Source of the DNA: Deferribacterales bacterium
Lineage (GTDB): Bacteria; Chrysiogenota; Deferribacteres; Deferribacterales; Geovibrionaceae
DNA: 60,538 nt
Assembly: GCA_050253335.1 (NCBI GenBank)
Contig: JBFWJG010000007.1
Span: 1 to 60,538 of the forward strand
Direction of reading: 5' to 3'
The position numbers and the translations under genes were made by a program. The notes beneath the pieces were generated by a model, which had not been told where the DNA came from, did no database searches, and was given only the letters and a program-made list of their open reading frames with translations. Of this stretch, positions 1 to 8,404 are shown piece after piece (positions within the stretch are counted from its first letter, which is position 1; each line of letters starts with the position of its first letter).

Positions 1-227
1 CAAGTTGTTCGTGTAATATCTCCAGCTTTGATAGAAAAAAGATACACTCCATTTTCATTATCTTCAATCTTCCCATACGCAGCAACATCAACACCTGACT
101 CTTTTTGACCACGAAGTGGTTTAGAAAAGACATTTAACCCCATTTGGCTCAGAAGATCAGGAAGTATAGCGTCTAACTCTTCTCTCTCCTTTAAAGAAGC
201 AAGGTACTCCTTGAGAATAAGTTTCAT
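1..227 (-). CDS. Putative PD-(D/E)xK restriction-endonuclease-like protein (5' part; runs off window edge)
   Basis: Translated by hand from ATG 227 (ATGA overlap with upstream stop; GGAGG RBS): MKLILKEYLASLKEREELDAILPDLLSQMGLNVFSKPLRGQKESGVDVAAYGKIEDNENGVYLFSIKAGDITRT. The E..G.V..G.E.GVD...F.IK layout is Mrr-like. Not in the ORF track. Confidence 0.7.
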   Translation of the reverse strand, partial: MKLILKEYLASLKEREELDAILPDLLSQMGLNVFSKPLRGQKESGVDVAAYGKIEDNENGVYLFSIKAGDITRTT

Positions 228-1942
228 ACACACTCCTCCCATTTTAAAATAAATAACTCATATTCAAGTCCAGTAGGGTCAATAATTGCAAGAATTGGGA
301 ACGATCTTGAAACCTCATATGGTTTCAGTTCAGATTCACTTCTCTTTACTTCAGTATCATTAATTCCAAAATAGCTTACAGTTTTGTGTCCATATAAAAT
401 GAGTTGCTTCGTTACAATTTGTCTAAAAATAGAGCGTTTCTCAGCTTCTTTCATGGAGTCTCTCGTTAAACCAGAATGATAGCGCTGAAAAGCAATTCGC
501 CACTCTTCAGAAATGTGAAGCTCTTTTAATTGGTTAGTAGATTGTAATTCGATAAAGTATGAATCAATCTTTCCTAAGATTTCATTTAATAGGCTCTTAA
601 TATTGCTATCTGTTTCATCTTTAATTTTTGAAGATAAATAATTTTTACCTGTTTCGGGATAGTTTAATAAGACTTTGTTTAATAATAAATATGCAATTTG
701 TTTTCTTTCTTCATCACTAGCATAATGTAAAAGAGAGTATAAATAACTCACCATGCTCATTGGATAAAAAAACAACCATCCAACTGCTTTTCGAGCTAAA
801 AAGATGTAAGAAATTTCATGTGAATGAGTGGTACTGTTACTATCAAAAGCAACAGAGATTCCCTCACTTGATAAACGGGAGAAAACTTGGCTAACAGCAC
901 GCCCAAGAATATATTTTTTTGATAGAAACCAACGAGTAACAATATGACCAAGTAATTCTGGTTTTCTAATAATTACATGCGTAGCTGAGCTGAACTCCAT
1001 TACATCGAAACTTTCGTTTTTCAAAAGGTATTTCTCAATAAACTCAACTCCCTCAATGTAGACAGAACTTGATAACATTCTATATAGAGCAGAATCCAAT
1101 ACCTTAATTGTTCCCTTATTTTGAGGATTTATATTGATAAACGACCGAAGAAACAAAGATCTCAATTCTAAATTGGCACTTTCCTCCACACGAAGATAAG
1201 AGCAAACCGCATTATGAAGGATAAGCTCATCTGTTGATTGTAGAATATGTGAAATTGATTGCAGAATCTCATTTTGAATATCTAAGTGAAGAGAATACAA
1301 ATTCAGTAAAGAATCTAAAGAGCTTGAACGTAGCTGATTATTATCATTAGTATCTAGAACACTTTTGAGTACGAAGAATAGTTCTTTTGCCTCGTTTAAC
1401 TTACCGGAGAAGTCGATCTGTTTAATAGTTGCTACTGATGATATTTTATGTTGAATAACTGAACCAAGAAGAAGTTCTCTGAGCTGAATAATGTATTTAT
1501 CAAAATCCATTTCTACTCCCGCTGAAAGTAACCAAAATATAAATTCATGATATTTCGAGTATTCTTTAACAGCAATATTTAAAGCCTCATCAATTCTTCC
1601 TTCTTGCTGTTTACAAAAACTTTTAAAAGCAGGAACAGGTTCATGCGATGCCAGATCATCACCAGCTTGAGCAATAAGGTTGTGTATGCAATTCATAACC
1701 TCCTCAACAGATGCATTTAACGATGGCAACAGTTTTTCAAACTTAAATCTTAATACGAAAAAGTCATAGTCAACTGCATCCCTACAGGCTTGCATACATT
1801 CTTTAACAATGTTGATTTCATCAGCATTATGCATCTCAATAAGCAAGCTCATGGTTAGCTCATCATCATGAGCAATGCCATACAACAAATTTAAAAATGT
1901 TCCAGAATTTATAGAACTAATTATTTCATCTTTCTGTACCAC
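224..1942 (-). CDS. Large alpha-helical (HEAT/ARM-like) hypothetical protein, probable defence-system component
   Basis: Long AT-rich, Leu-rich ORF with no catalytic motif. Likely start is GTG 1942 after a GAGGT RBS (ORF track extends it to 2083). Translationally coupled to the nuclease gene. Confidence 0.7.
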   Translation of the reverse strand: MVQKDEIISSINSGTFLNLLYGIAHDDELTMSLLIEMHNADEINIVKECMQACRDAVDYDFFVLRFKFEKLLPSLNASVEEVMNCIHNLIAQAGDDLASHEPVPAFKSFCKQQEGRIDEALNIAVKEYSKYHEFIFWLLSAGVEMDFDKYIIQLRELLLGSVIQHKISSVATIKQIDFSGKLNEAKELFFVLKSVLDTNDNNQLRSSSLDSLLNLYSLHLDIQNEILQSISHILQSTDELILHNAVCSYLRVEESANLELRSLFLRSFININPQNKGTIKVLDSALYRMLSSSVYIEGVEFIEKYLLKNESFDVMEFSSATHVIIRKPELLGHIVTRWFLSKKYILGRAVSQVFSRLSSEGISVAFDSNSTTHSHEISYIFLARKAVGWLFFYPMSMVSYLYSLLHYASDEERKQIAYLLLNKVLLNYPETGKNYLSSKIKDETDSNIKSLLNEILGKIDSYFIELQSTNQLKELHISEEWRIAFQRYHSGLTRDSMKEAEKRSIFRQIVTKQLILYGHKTVSYFGINDTEVKRSESELKPYEVSRSFPILAIIDPTGLEYELFILKWEECV

Positions 1943-2048
1943 TATTACCTCAAATAGATAACTATCTTTATATCTATACAGTAACATTTTATTACAGAAT
2001 GTGTTATAAATTTGAAATATACTCAAAGAATTACTCTCAGGTGAAAAC

Positions 2049-2216
2049 ATGTATTTACACAGAGTCTTTATTGAAGGATACAAAAACTTTACAGATAAAT
2101 TTGAGATAGAATTTTCAAAAGGACTGAATATTATTGTAGGAGAAAATGCAACTGGGAAAACAGGAATTATTAATGCAATACGTATGATCTTGAAAGAAGA
2201 TTGTAACCATACCTAG
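2049..2216 (+). pseudogene. N-terminal remnant of an ABC/OLD-family (AAA_15-type) ATPase
   Basis: MYLHRVFIEGYKNFTDKFEIEFSKGLNIIVGENATGKTGIINAIRMILKED: typical N-terminus with Walker A GENATGKT and AGGTG RBS. Reads into the IS end at 2202 and stops. Confidence 0.8.
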
Positions 2217-2443
2217 TTTAGTGCCATTTCACTCTTAGATTTTTCACATATTTGCAGCATGCTCCATAGGTGTCAAGTTGTCTAATGATTCATGCGGTCT
2301 TTCATTATTATATTCATCAATCCACGATTCTGCTTTTGTTCTGACTTCAGATAAGCTGTCAAAGATGTAGAAGTCAAGAATCTTACTCCGATATGTTCTG
2401 TTAAACTTCTTAATGAAAGGCACTATTTTAAGGGAGGGTTACA
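2202..2443 (-). mobile_element. Internally deleted IS3-family element (242 bp) retaining both terminal inverted repeats
   Basis: Ends TGTAACCATACCTAGTTTAGTGCC (+, 2202) and TGTAACCCTCCCTTAAAATAGTGCC (-, 2443), with TG...CA termini. Inside (2244-2423, -) is FNRTYRSKILDFYIFDSLSEVRTKAESWIDEYNNERPHESLDNLTP, an IS3 transposase C-terminus. Confidence 0.85.
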
Positions 2444-2451
2444 TGACCGCA

Positions 2452-2814
2452 TTACTTCATCAGTTCAATAAAGGTTGAAAGCATTTTATATACTTTCTCC
2501 TGCTCCCGCTCATCCATCTTCATCACGGTTTTCATTACTTTATCCCACTCAGGGGGGATCTGCGCTCCGCATGAGGTGAGTTTGTATTCTCCTGATTTAT
2601 CAGTATCTCCAAGAAGATAGCTCACTGGAACATTAAGAACTTCCGCCAGCCTGTACAGTATGCCGATACCTATCTCGCCGCCGGTGCTGTTGTTAAGAAA
2701 GCGCGTGAGATGCTGGTATGATATACCCGCCTTCTCTGTCACCTTTAGCCGTGAAAGACCGGATTCCGCAATAGCCTCAAGAATATTGTTCCTTACCTGT
2801 TCAATCCTGTTCAT
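2452..2814 (-). CDS. XRE-family HTH transcriptional regulator (phage/ICE repressor-like)
   Basis: HTH_3 pattern GLSRLKVTEKAGISYQHLTRF...LAEVLNVPVSYLLG. Confidence 0.85.
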   Translation of the reverse strand: MNRIEQVRNNILEAIAESGLSRLKVTEKAGISYQHLTRFLNNSTGGEIGIGILYRLAEVLNVPVSYLLGDTDKSGEYKLTSCGAQIPPEWDKVMKTVMKMDEREQEKVYKMLSTFIELMK

Positions 2815-3034
2815 ACTGTTAAGAATACAGTAATCCCCTGATTCAATATATTATCTTATAAGGCACATATAATATAATATACACTTGAAATTACACTCTA
2901 AAAGATATAATATTACAAAAATCGAACACGAATTTACATCTGACAAATGCCCGCCGTCTCCTGAAAACATGGCGGGGGCGGGCTTGAGAAACGGCTGCTT
3001 TCTAAACAGGAGCTTTTTCATCCTCTTTCACCCA

Positions 3035-3222
3035 AATCAGGGTTGACTTATCGATCTCTTCATAGCAGAATAACTCAACGGGATTCAGGGAAGCGCGGTT
3101 AAAATCCGTCACTGCCCCCGCAACTGTGAGCCGGACGAACGCTCCTTTTCTTTGCCACTGTAATATGTACGGGAAGGCTGAGCAAGTAGGACGACGGCGA
3201 GTCAGGATACCTGCCCCGCGGA
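3035..3222 (+). promoter_or_regulatory. Cobalamin (B12) riboswitch
   Basis: Conserved blocks AGGGAAG (3087), GGTTAAAATCC, CTGCCCCCGCAACTGT (3112), GCCACTG (3154), GGGAAG (3171) and B12 box AGTCAGGATACCTGCC (3200). Lies upstream of a B12-independent RNR. Confidence 0.95.
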
Positions 3223-3347
3223 ATAAACTGCCCATCGGAGGGATGGATGAGATTATCGCACGCCGCCGTTATTTCAGCGCATATAATCTTTAGCTGTTAA
3301 ACATCCTCCCGCTCGGACTACGCTTATTTTTACGGAGGATTGACTGC

Positions 3348-5378
3348 ATGATTGAAAAAGTTATGAAACGTGACGGGCGCTTTGTTCCATTTGATCAGGA
3401 ACGCATAGCAAACGCCATTTTCAAGGCCGCCAAGTCTGTCGGCGGAACCGACAGAAACAACGCCGCCGCCCTTTCCCTTATAGTTACCAGAAAGCTCACC
3501 GATGCTTATGAGCGCTATGGCTCCTGCTCCGTTGAAGAGATACAGGACTGCGTGGAGAAGGTGCTCATTGAACAGGGGCATGCCAAAACTGCCAAAGCAT
3601 TTATAATATACAGAAAACAGCGCGCGGACATGCGCTCGCTCACGGACAGCATGGAGGGGTTTGAATCCATAGTGGAAACGTACCTCGGCGGAAGTGACTG
3701 GCGCGTAAACGAAAACAGCAACACAACCTATGCTCTGCAAGGGCTGAACAATTACATTTCATCCACAGTAACCGCCAAATACTGGCTGAATAAAATCTAC
3801 CCGCCCGAAGTGCAGAGAGCGCACACGGAAGGGGATTTCCACATACACGATCTCGGCCTGCTCGCGGTGTACTGCTGCGGCTGGGACTTAAAAGACCTGC
3901 TGATGAAGGGGTTCCGCGGAGTTGCGGGCAAGGTGGAGAGCAAACCCGCCAAGCACCTGCGCACGGCACTGGGGCAGATAGCCAACTTCTTTTATACATT
4001 GCAGGGGGAGGCGGCGGGCGCTCAGGCGTTTGCCAACTTCGACACATATCTTGCGCCGTTCATAGCCTATGACAAGCTTTCCTACAAGGAAGTCAAACAG
4101 GCTATGCAGGAGTTCGTCTTCAACCTTAACGTTCCCACCCGTGTGGGCTTCCAGACTCCGTTCACCAACCTCACCATGGACTTGTACGTTCCCTCCACCC
4201 ACAGGGATGAGGCGGTGATAATCGGCGGTGAAATGACTGACAGAACCTACGGCGAGTTTCAGGAGGAGATGTTCCTCATTAACCGCGCGTTCATGGAAGT
4301 CATGATGGAGGGGGACGCCAAAGGGCGCATTTTCACTTTCCCCATACCCACTTACAACGTTTCCAAGGATTTCGACTGGGAACACCCCATAGTGGCTGAT
4401 CTGATGAAAATCACGGCGAAATACGGAATCCCGTACTTTGCCAACTTTGTAAACAGCGACATGAGCCCCGAAGACGCACGCAGCATGTGCTGCCGTCTCC
4501 GTCTGGACAACAGGGAGCTCCGCAAGCGCGGCGGCGGTCTCTTCGGTGCGAACCCCCTCACAGGCTCCATCGGCGTCGTAACCATAAACCTGCCCAGAAT
4601 AGGCTATACCTCAGGCAGTGAAGAGGAATTTTTCGAAAAGCTTTCCTCCCTCATGGAGCTTGCCCGCGACAGCCTTAAAATAAAACGCAAATCCCTTGAA
4701 AAGCTCACCCAGAACGGGCTCTATCCCTATGCGAGGTTCTACCTTGAGGAGATTCATGCCCGTTTCGGCCAGTTCTGGAAAAACCATTTCAACACCATAG
4801 GCATAATAGGCATGAACGAGGCCGCGCTGAACTTCATCGGCGTGGATATTATGCATAAAGAAGGTCTCGAGTTCGCCGAAAAGATACTTAACTTCATGCG
4901 CGGCAAGCTGGCACAGTTTCAGGAAGATGACGACATGCTCTACAACCTTGAGGCAACGCCCGCGGAAGGCACTTCATACCGCCTTGCCAAGCGTGACATC
5001 AAGGACTATCCGGAAATTATCACATCCGGCTCTCTTGACCGCCCGTATTACACCAACTCCACGCAGATTCCCGTGGAGAAGGCGAAAGATCTCTTCGCCG
5101 CGCTGGATCATCAGGACAGGCTCCAGCCTCTTTACACAGGCGGAACCGTGTTCCACGTTTTCCTCGGGGAATCCATAGACGAACCCTCGGCGGTGGGCAA
5201 ACTGCTGAAAGAGATAACATGCTGCTATAAAATACCTTATATAACAATAACCCCCACATTCTCCGTATGTCCGGTGCACGGCTACCTCAAGGGGAAACAC
5301 CCTGAGTGCCCGCTCTGCGCGGAGGAGAAAAAAGCGGAGATTTTCAAAGAACTGGAAAAACTGAAATCCGAAGCATAA
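3348..5378 (+). CDS. nrdD: Anaerobic class III ribonucleoside-triphosphate reductase, large fragment (ATP cone + catalytic barrel + Zn site; lacks glycyl-radical tail)
   Basis: ATP cone VMKRDGR, VNENSN, HIHDL, YCCGW, SMCCRL, EATPAEG, YYTNS, CPVHG...CPLC. No RVxGY motif. Confidence 0.95.
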   Translation: MIEKVMKRDGRFVPFDQERIANAIFKAAKSVGGTDRNNAAALSLIVTRKLTDAYERYGSCSVEEIQDCVEKVLIEQGHAKTAKAFIIYRKQRADMRSLTDSMEGFESIVETYLGGSDWRVNENSNTTYALQGLNNYISSTVTAKYWLNKIYPPEVQRAHTEGDFHIHDLGLLAVYCCGWDLKDLLMKGFRGVAGKVESKPAKHLRTALGQIANFFYTLQGEAAGAQAFANFDTYLAPFIAYDKLSYKEVKQAMQEFVFNLNVPTRVGFQTPFTNLTMDLYVPSTHRDEAVIIGGEMTDRTYGEFQEEMFLINRAFMEVMMEGDAKGRIFTFPIPTYNVSKDFDWEHPIVADLMKITAKYGIPYFANFVNSDMSPEDARSMCCRLRLDNRELRKRGGGLFGANPLTGSIGVVTINLPRIGYTSGSEEEFFEKLSSLMELARDSLKIKRKSLEKLTQNGLYPYARFYLEEIHARFGQFWKNHFNTIGIIGMNEAALNFIGVDIMHKEGLEFAEKILNFMRGKLAQFQEDDDMLYNLEATPAEGTSYRLAKRDIKDYPEIITSGSLDRPYYTNSTQIPVEKAKDLFAALDHQDRLQPLYTGGTVFHVFLGESIDEPSAVGKLLKEITCCYKIPYITITPTFSVCPVHGYLKGKHPECPLCAEEKKAEIFKELEKLKSEA

Positions 5379-5413
5379 GACACTGAACACATAAAAGCGC
5401 AAGGAGGCACAAA

Positions 5414-5584
5414 ATGGAGAAACTTGAGAAAATCAAGGCACTGGAAAAAGAACTGGCAGAAGTGAAAGGCACAACTTGCGATGTCTACAGCAGAGTGGTC
5501 GGCTACCACAGCCCCACAAGCCACTGGAACGAAGGTAAAAAAGAGGAATTTATAAACAGGGGGACTTTCAGAGTTTCCAAATGA
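5414..5584 (+). CDS. nrdD: Small NrdD glycyl-radical peptide (56 aa), detached C-terminal domain of NrdD
   Basis: AAGGAGG RBS. MEKLEKIKALEKELAEVKGTTCDVYSRVVGYHSPTSHWNEGKKEEFINRGTFRVSK carries the YSRVVGY glycyl-radical motif and WNxGKxEEF. ATGA overlap with nrdG. Confidence 0.9.
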   Translation: MEKLEKIKALEKELAEVKGTTCDVYSRVVGYHSPTSHWNEGKKEEFINRGTFRVSK

Positions 5585-6270
5585 GTCACACAGACTTCTT
5601 TATTGCAGGCTTTACGCCCGTCAGTCTCATAGATTACCCGGGAGAGGTGGCGGCAACTGTCTTCACCCACGGCTGCAACCTGAGGTGCAGATACTGCCAC
5701 AACCCCCTTCTGGTAACCGGCAGAAAAAGGGACAACAAGTCATCCGAGTTTTTTTCTTATATGGCTGTAAGAAATATAGGGGCAGTCGCCGTAACAGGCG
5801 GCGAGCCTCTTTTTTCAGAGCATATCACGGATTTTGTCACTTTTCTCAAAAATGACGGAATCAAGATCAAGCTGGACACCAACGGCTTTGCCCCGGCAAG
5901 GCTGATCCCGCTCCTTGAAAAAGGGCTTATCGATTACGCCGCGGTGGACATAAAGGGCTTCTGCGCGGAGGACATAGACTACATGACCCGCACCGCCCGC
6001 TCCACCGAACCTTTTGTGAAAACCATAAGGGCTCTCAAGGAGAGCGGCATACCCTTTGAACTGCGCTATACCGCATGGAAAAAGCCCGATGAGGAATCAC
6101 TCTTCTGGCTGGCTGACTTTGCGCGGGATGTGCCTCTGGCTTTGCAGTTTCTGCAGAAATCAACGCCTCTTCTGGACAAACGCTTCTCCCCGCCCATGAC
6201 CAAGGCCGAGTTTTACTCGCTTAAAGCCCTTTTTGAATCCCACTTCCGCAAGGTCACTGTCCGGGAGTGA
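5581..6270 (+). CDS. nrdG: Anaerobic RNR activating enzyme (radical SAM)
   Basis: SLIDYPG, CNLRCRYCHN (CxxxCxxC), TGGEP, DTNG; follows nrdD. Confidence 0.92.
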   Translation: MSHTDFFIAGFTPVSLIDYPGEVAATVFTHGCNLRCRYCHNPLLVTGRKRDNKSSEFFSYMAVRNIGAVAVTGGEPLFSEHITDFVTFLKNDGIKIKLDTNGFAPARLIPLLEKGLIDYAAVDIKGFCAEDIDYMTRTARSTEPFVKTIRALKESGIPFELRYTAWKKPDEESLFWLADFARDVPLALQFLQKSTPLLDKRFSPPMTKAEFYSLKALFESHFRKVTVRE

Positions 6271-6340
6271 CAGTTTTTTATTGTCTGTAATTCTCAAAAA
6301 ATGTAAGCTTCCGAAATTTAATTATTTTTTGGGGGCTCGT

Positions 6341-6517
6341 ATGCTCGGTTTATCAGGATGGGCGGTTCCGCTGGGTTTTATTCTAATGCTTCTCAGCACT
6401 GTGCTCTGCATCGTTTACGGAATAATCAACTGGAACAAAGGCTACATGACCGATGAGGAATTTCTTCAGGAACAGGCATGGGCTGAGGAAGAAAGAAAAG
6501 TCGAGGAGACGCTCTGA
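6341..6517 (+). CDS. Small single-TM symporter accessory protein
   Basis: MLGLSGWAVPLGFILMLLSTVLCIVYGIINWNKG plus acidic tail; stop overlaps the symporter ATG. Confidence 0.75.
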   Translation: MLGLSGWAVPLGFILMLLSTVLCIVYGIINWNKGYMTDEEFLQEQAWAEEERKVEETL

Positions 6518-8139
6518 TGGAAATGAGTCTGCCTCTTCTTACATTTGTTGTCATAATCTATCTTTCCATAGTCGGCTGGCTCACTGTCAAGGCCTATAAG
6601 GGCACTGTCAGCGCGGCGGACTACATGGTGGCCGGACGCAAGATTCACCCCTTCGTTATGGCTATGTCATACGGCGCAACGTTTATCTCCACCTCGGCGA
6701 TTGTGGGTTTCGGCGGCGCGGCGGCTGTTTTCGGCATGAGCCTTCTCTGGCTTACGGTTCTTACTATTTTCGTCGGCGTTTTTGTCGCCTTCGTCTTTTT
6801 TGGCAGACGCACAAGGGTCATGGGGCTGAACCTCAATGCCCATACATTTCCGGAGTTCATCGGTCTGCGTTTTCAGTCCCGCACGCTTCAAGGGCTCGCG
6901 GGGCTTCTCATATTTGTCGCCATGCCTCTTTACGCCAGCGTGGTTCTCATGGGCGGAGCAAAGTTCATAGCGCAGATATTAAGCGTTAACTACAACGCCG
7001 CGCTCTTTTTCCTCACCGTCATAGTGGCTGTTTACGTTGTTATGGGCGGGCTCAAGGGCGTTATGTATACCGATGCCTTTCAGGGCTCTGTGATGTTTGC
7101 GGGCATGATCATTCTGCTCTTTTTCACCTACTGGAAAATGGGCGGAGTAGTCGAGGCTCATCAGAAACTTACAGACATGGCAGACATTGCCGTGAGCATA
7201 TTCGGCGCTCAGGGGCACACAGGCTGGACATCGTTTCCCACACTCGGCTCCCCCTTCTGGGTTACAGTGGTCACCACTATGGTAATGGGCGTGGGGATAG
7301 GCGTTCTGGCTCAGCCTCAGCTTATAGTCCGTTTCATGACCGTTAAAAGCAACAGGGAGCTTAACCGTGCCGTGCTCATAGGCGGGGTGTTCGTTCTTGT
7401 GGCTGTGGGAGTGGCGTTCATAGTCGGCGCGCTGTCAAATGTGTATTTCTATTATATGAATCCGGAAACGGCGGGGAAAATATCCCTCGTCGCCGCCAAT
7501 AAAAATGTGGAGGAGATTATCCCTCTCTATATAAGCAAAGCTATGCCCCAGTGGTTTACCGCTATATTCACCATAACCATGCTTTCAGCGGCAATGAGCA
7601 CGCTGAGCTCACAGTTTCATGCCATGGGAACCTCCCTCGGCAGGGATATTTATGAAAAATGGCTGGGGAAATCGGGCAATTCGGTGCTTATCACAAAAGC
7701 GGGCATAATCTTCACGATCATGCTCAGCTACTTCTTTGCGTGGGGGCTGCCACTTTTCTTTGACGGCGGAACAGCGATAATCGCAAGAGGAACGGCAATA
7801 TTTTTCGGCATATGCGCCGCAGCCTTCCTGCCCCTGTATTTCGGAGCGATATACTCAAGGCGGATCACGAAGTTCTCCGCATTCACAGGCTTTACGGCGG
7901 GTACGATAATCAGCTTTTTCTGGCTTTTCTTTGTGCATGACAAGGTTTCAGGGCCGATGATGATCTGCAAGGCGGTTTTCGGCGTGAACTCTCTGGCGGA
8001 GGGCACAATCTGGGCGGCGGTTGACCCGCTTGTGATAGGTCTGCCCGTGTCGGCGCTGATTACGCTTGCCACAGCATTCGCAGGAAAACAGCTTCCGAAG
8101 GAGCATGTGGAAAAATGCTTTCACGGCATCGGGAAATAA
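6517..8139 (+). CDS. Sodium:solute symporter family protein
   Basis: DYMVAGR, GGLKGVMYTD, SAAMSTLSS; about 13 TM helices. Confidence 0.92.
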   Translation: MEMSLPLLTFVVIIYLSIVGWLTVKAYKGTVSAADYMVAGRKIHPFVMAMSYGATFISTSAIVGFGGAAAVFGMSLLWLTVLTIFVGVFVAFVFFGRRTRVMGLNLNAHTFPEFIGLRFQSRTLQGLAGLLIFVAMPLYASVVLMGGAKFIAQILSVNYNAALFFLTVIVAVYVVMGGLKGVMYTDAFQGSVMFAGMIILLFFTYWKMGGVVEAHQKLTDMADIAVSIFGAQGHTGWTSFPTLGSPFWVTVVTTMVMGVGIGVLAQPQLIVRFMTVKSNRELNRAVLIGGVFVLVAVGVAFIVGALSNVYFYYMNPETAGKISLVAANKNVEEIIPLYISKAMPQWFTAIFTITMLSAAMSTLSSQFHAMGTSLGRDIYEKWLGKSGNSVLITKAGIIFTIMLSYFFAWGLPLFFDGGTAIIARGTAIFFGICAAAFLPLYFGAIYSRRITKFSAFTGFTAGTIISFFWLFFVHDKVSGPMMICKAVFGVNSLAEGTIWAAVDPLVIGLPVSALITLATAFAGKQLPKEHVEKCFHGIGK

Positions 8140-8161
8140 ATAAAGATAAGGGATTTATCTG

Positions 8162-8190
8162 TTGACAACGGATTAAGGAAATCATAATAT
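8162..8190 (+). promoter_or_regulatory. Sigma70-type promoter for tRNA-Leu
   Basis: TTGACA (8162)-N17-TAATAT (8185). Confidence 0.6.
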
Positions 8191-8210
8191 TTCTTTCCCT
8201 ATTATGCTAA

Positions 8211-8295
8211 GCCGTGGTGGTGGAATTGGTAGACACGCAGGTTTCAGGTACCTGTGGGAGTTAATCCTGTGGGGGTTCGAGTCCCCCCCTCGGCA
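8211..8295 (+). tRNA. tRNA-Leu (CAG)
   Basis: Cloverleaf: D-arm GTGGAATTGGTAGACAC, anticodon stem CAGGT/ACCTG with loop TTCAGGT, long variable arm, T-arm GGGGGTTCGAGTCCCCC, discriminator A; CCA not encoded. Confidence 0.95.
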
Positions 8296-8300
8296 TATGA

Positions 8301-8336
8301 AAAAGCCTCTGACATCAGTCAGGGGCTTTTTTATTT
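8301..8336 (+). terminator. Intrinsic terminator after tRNA
   Basis: AAAAGCCTCTGAC-ATCA-GTCAGGGGCTTTT followed by a T-tract. Confidence 0.8.
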
Positions 8337-8404
8337 ACAGAGGACGAGAACGGGAGTTTACGCCGACCGAACAATGACTACAAATGACTACACTCACCCT
8401 TAGT

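Noticed and set aside
1943..2083. N-terminal 47 aa of the 619-aa ORF call
   Set aside because: No RBS, and it overlaps the divergent ATPase remnant; GTG 1942 has a GAGGT RBS.
2860..3347. NrdR boxes upstream of nrdD
   Set aside because: No convincing tandem match to the NrdR palindrome seen by eye.
5379..5413. nrdD as a frameshifted pseudogene
   Set aside because: Clean stop, a 35-bp spacer with a strong AAGGAGG RBS, and intact motifs in both parts argue for a functional split.
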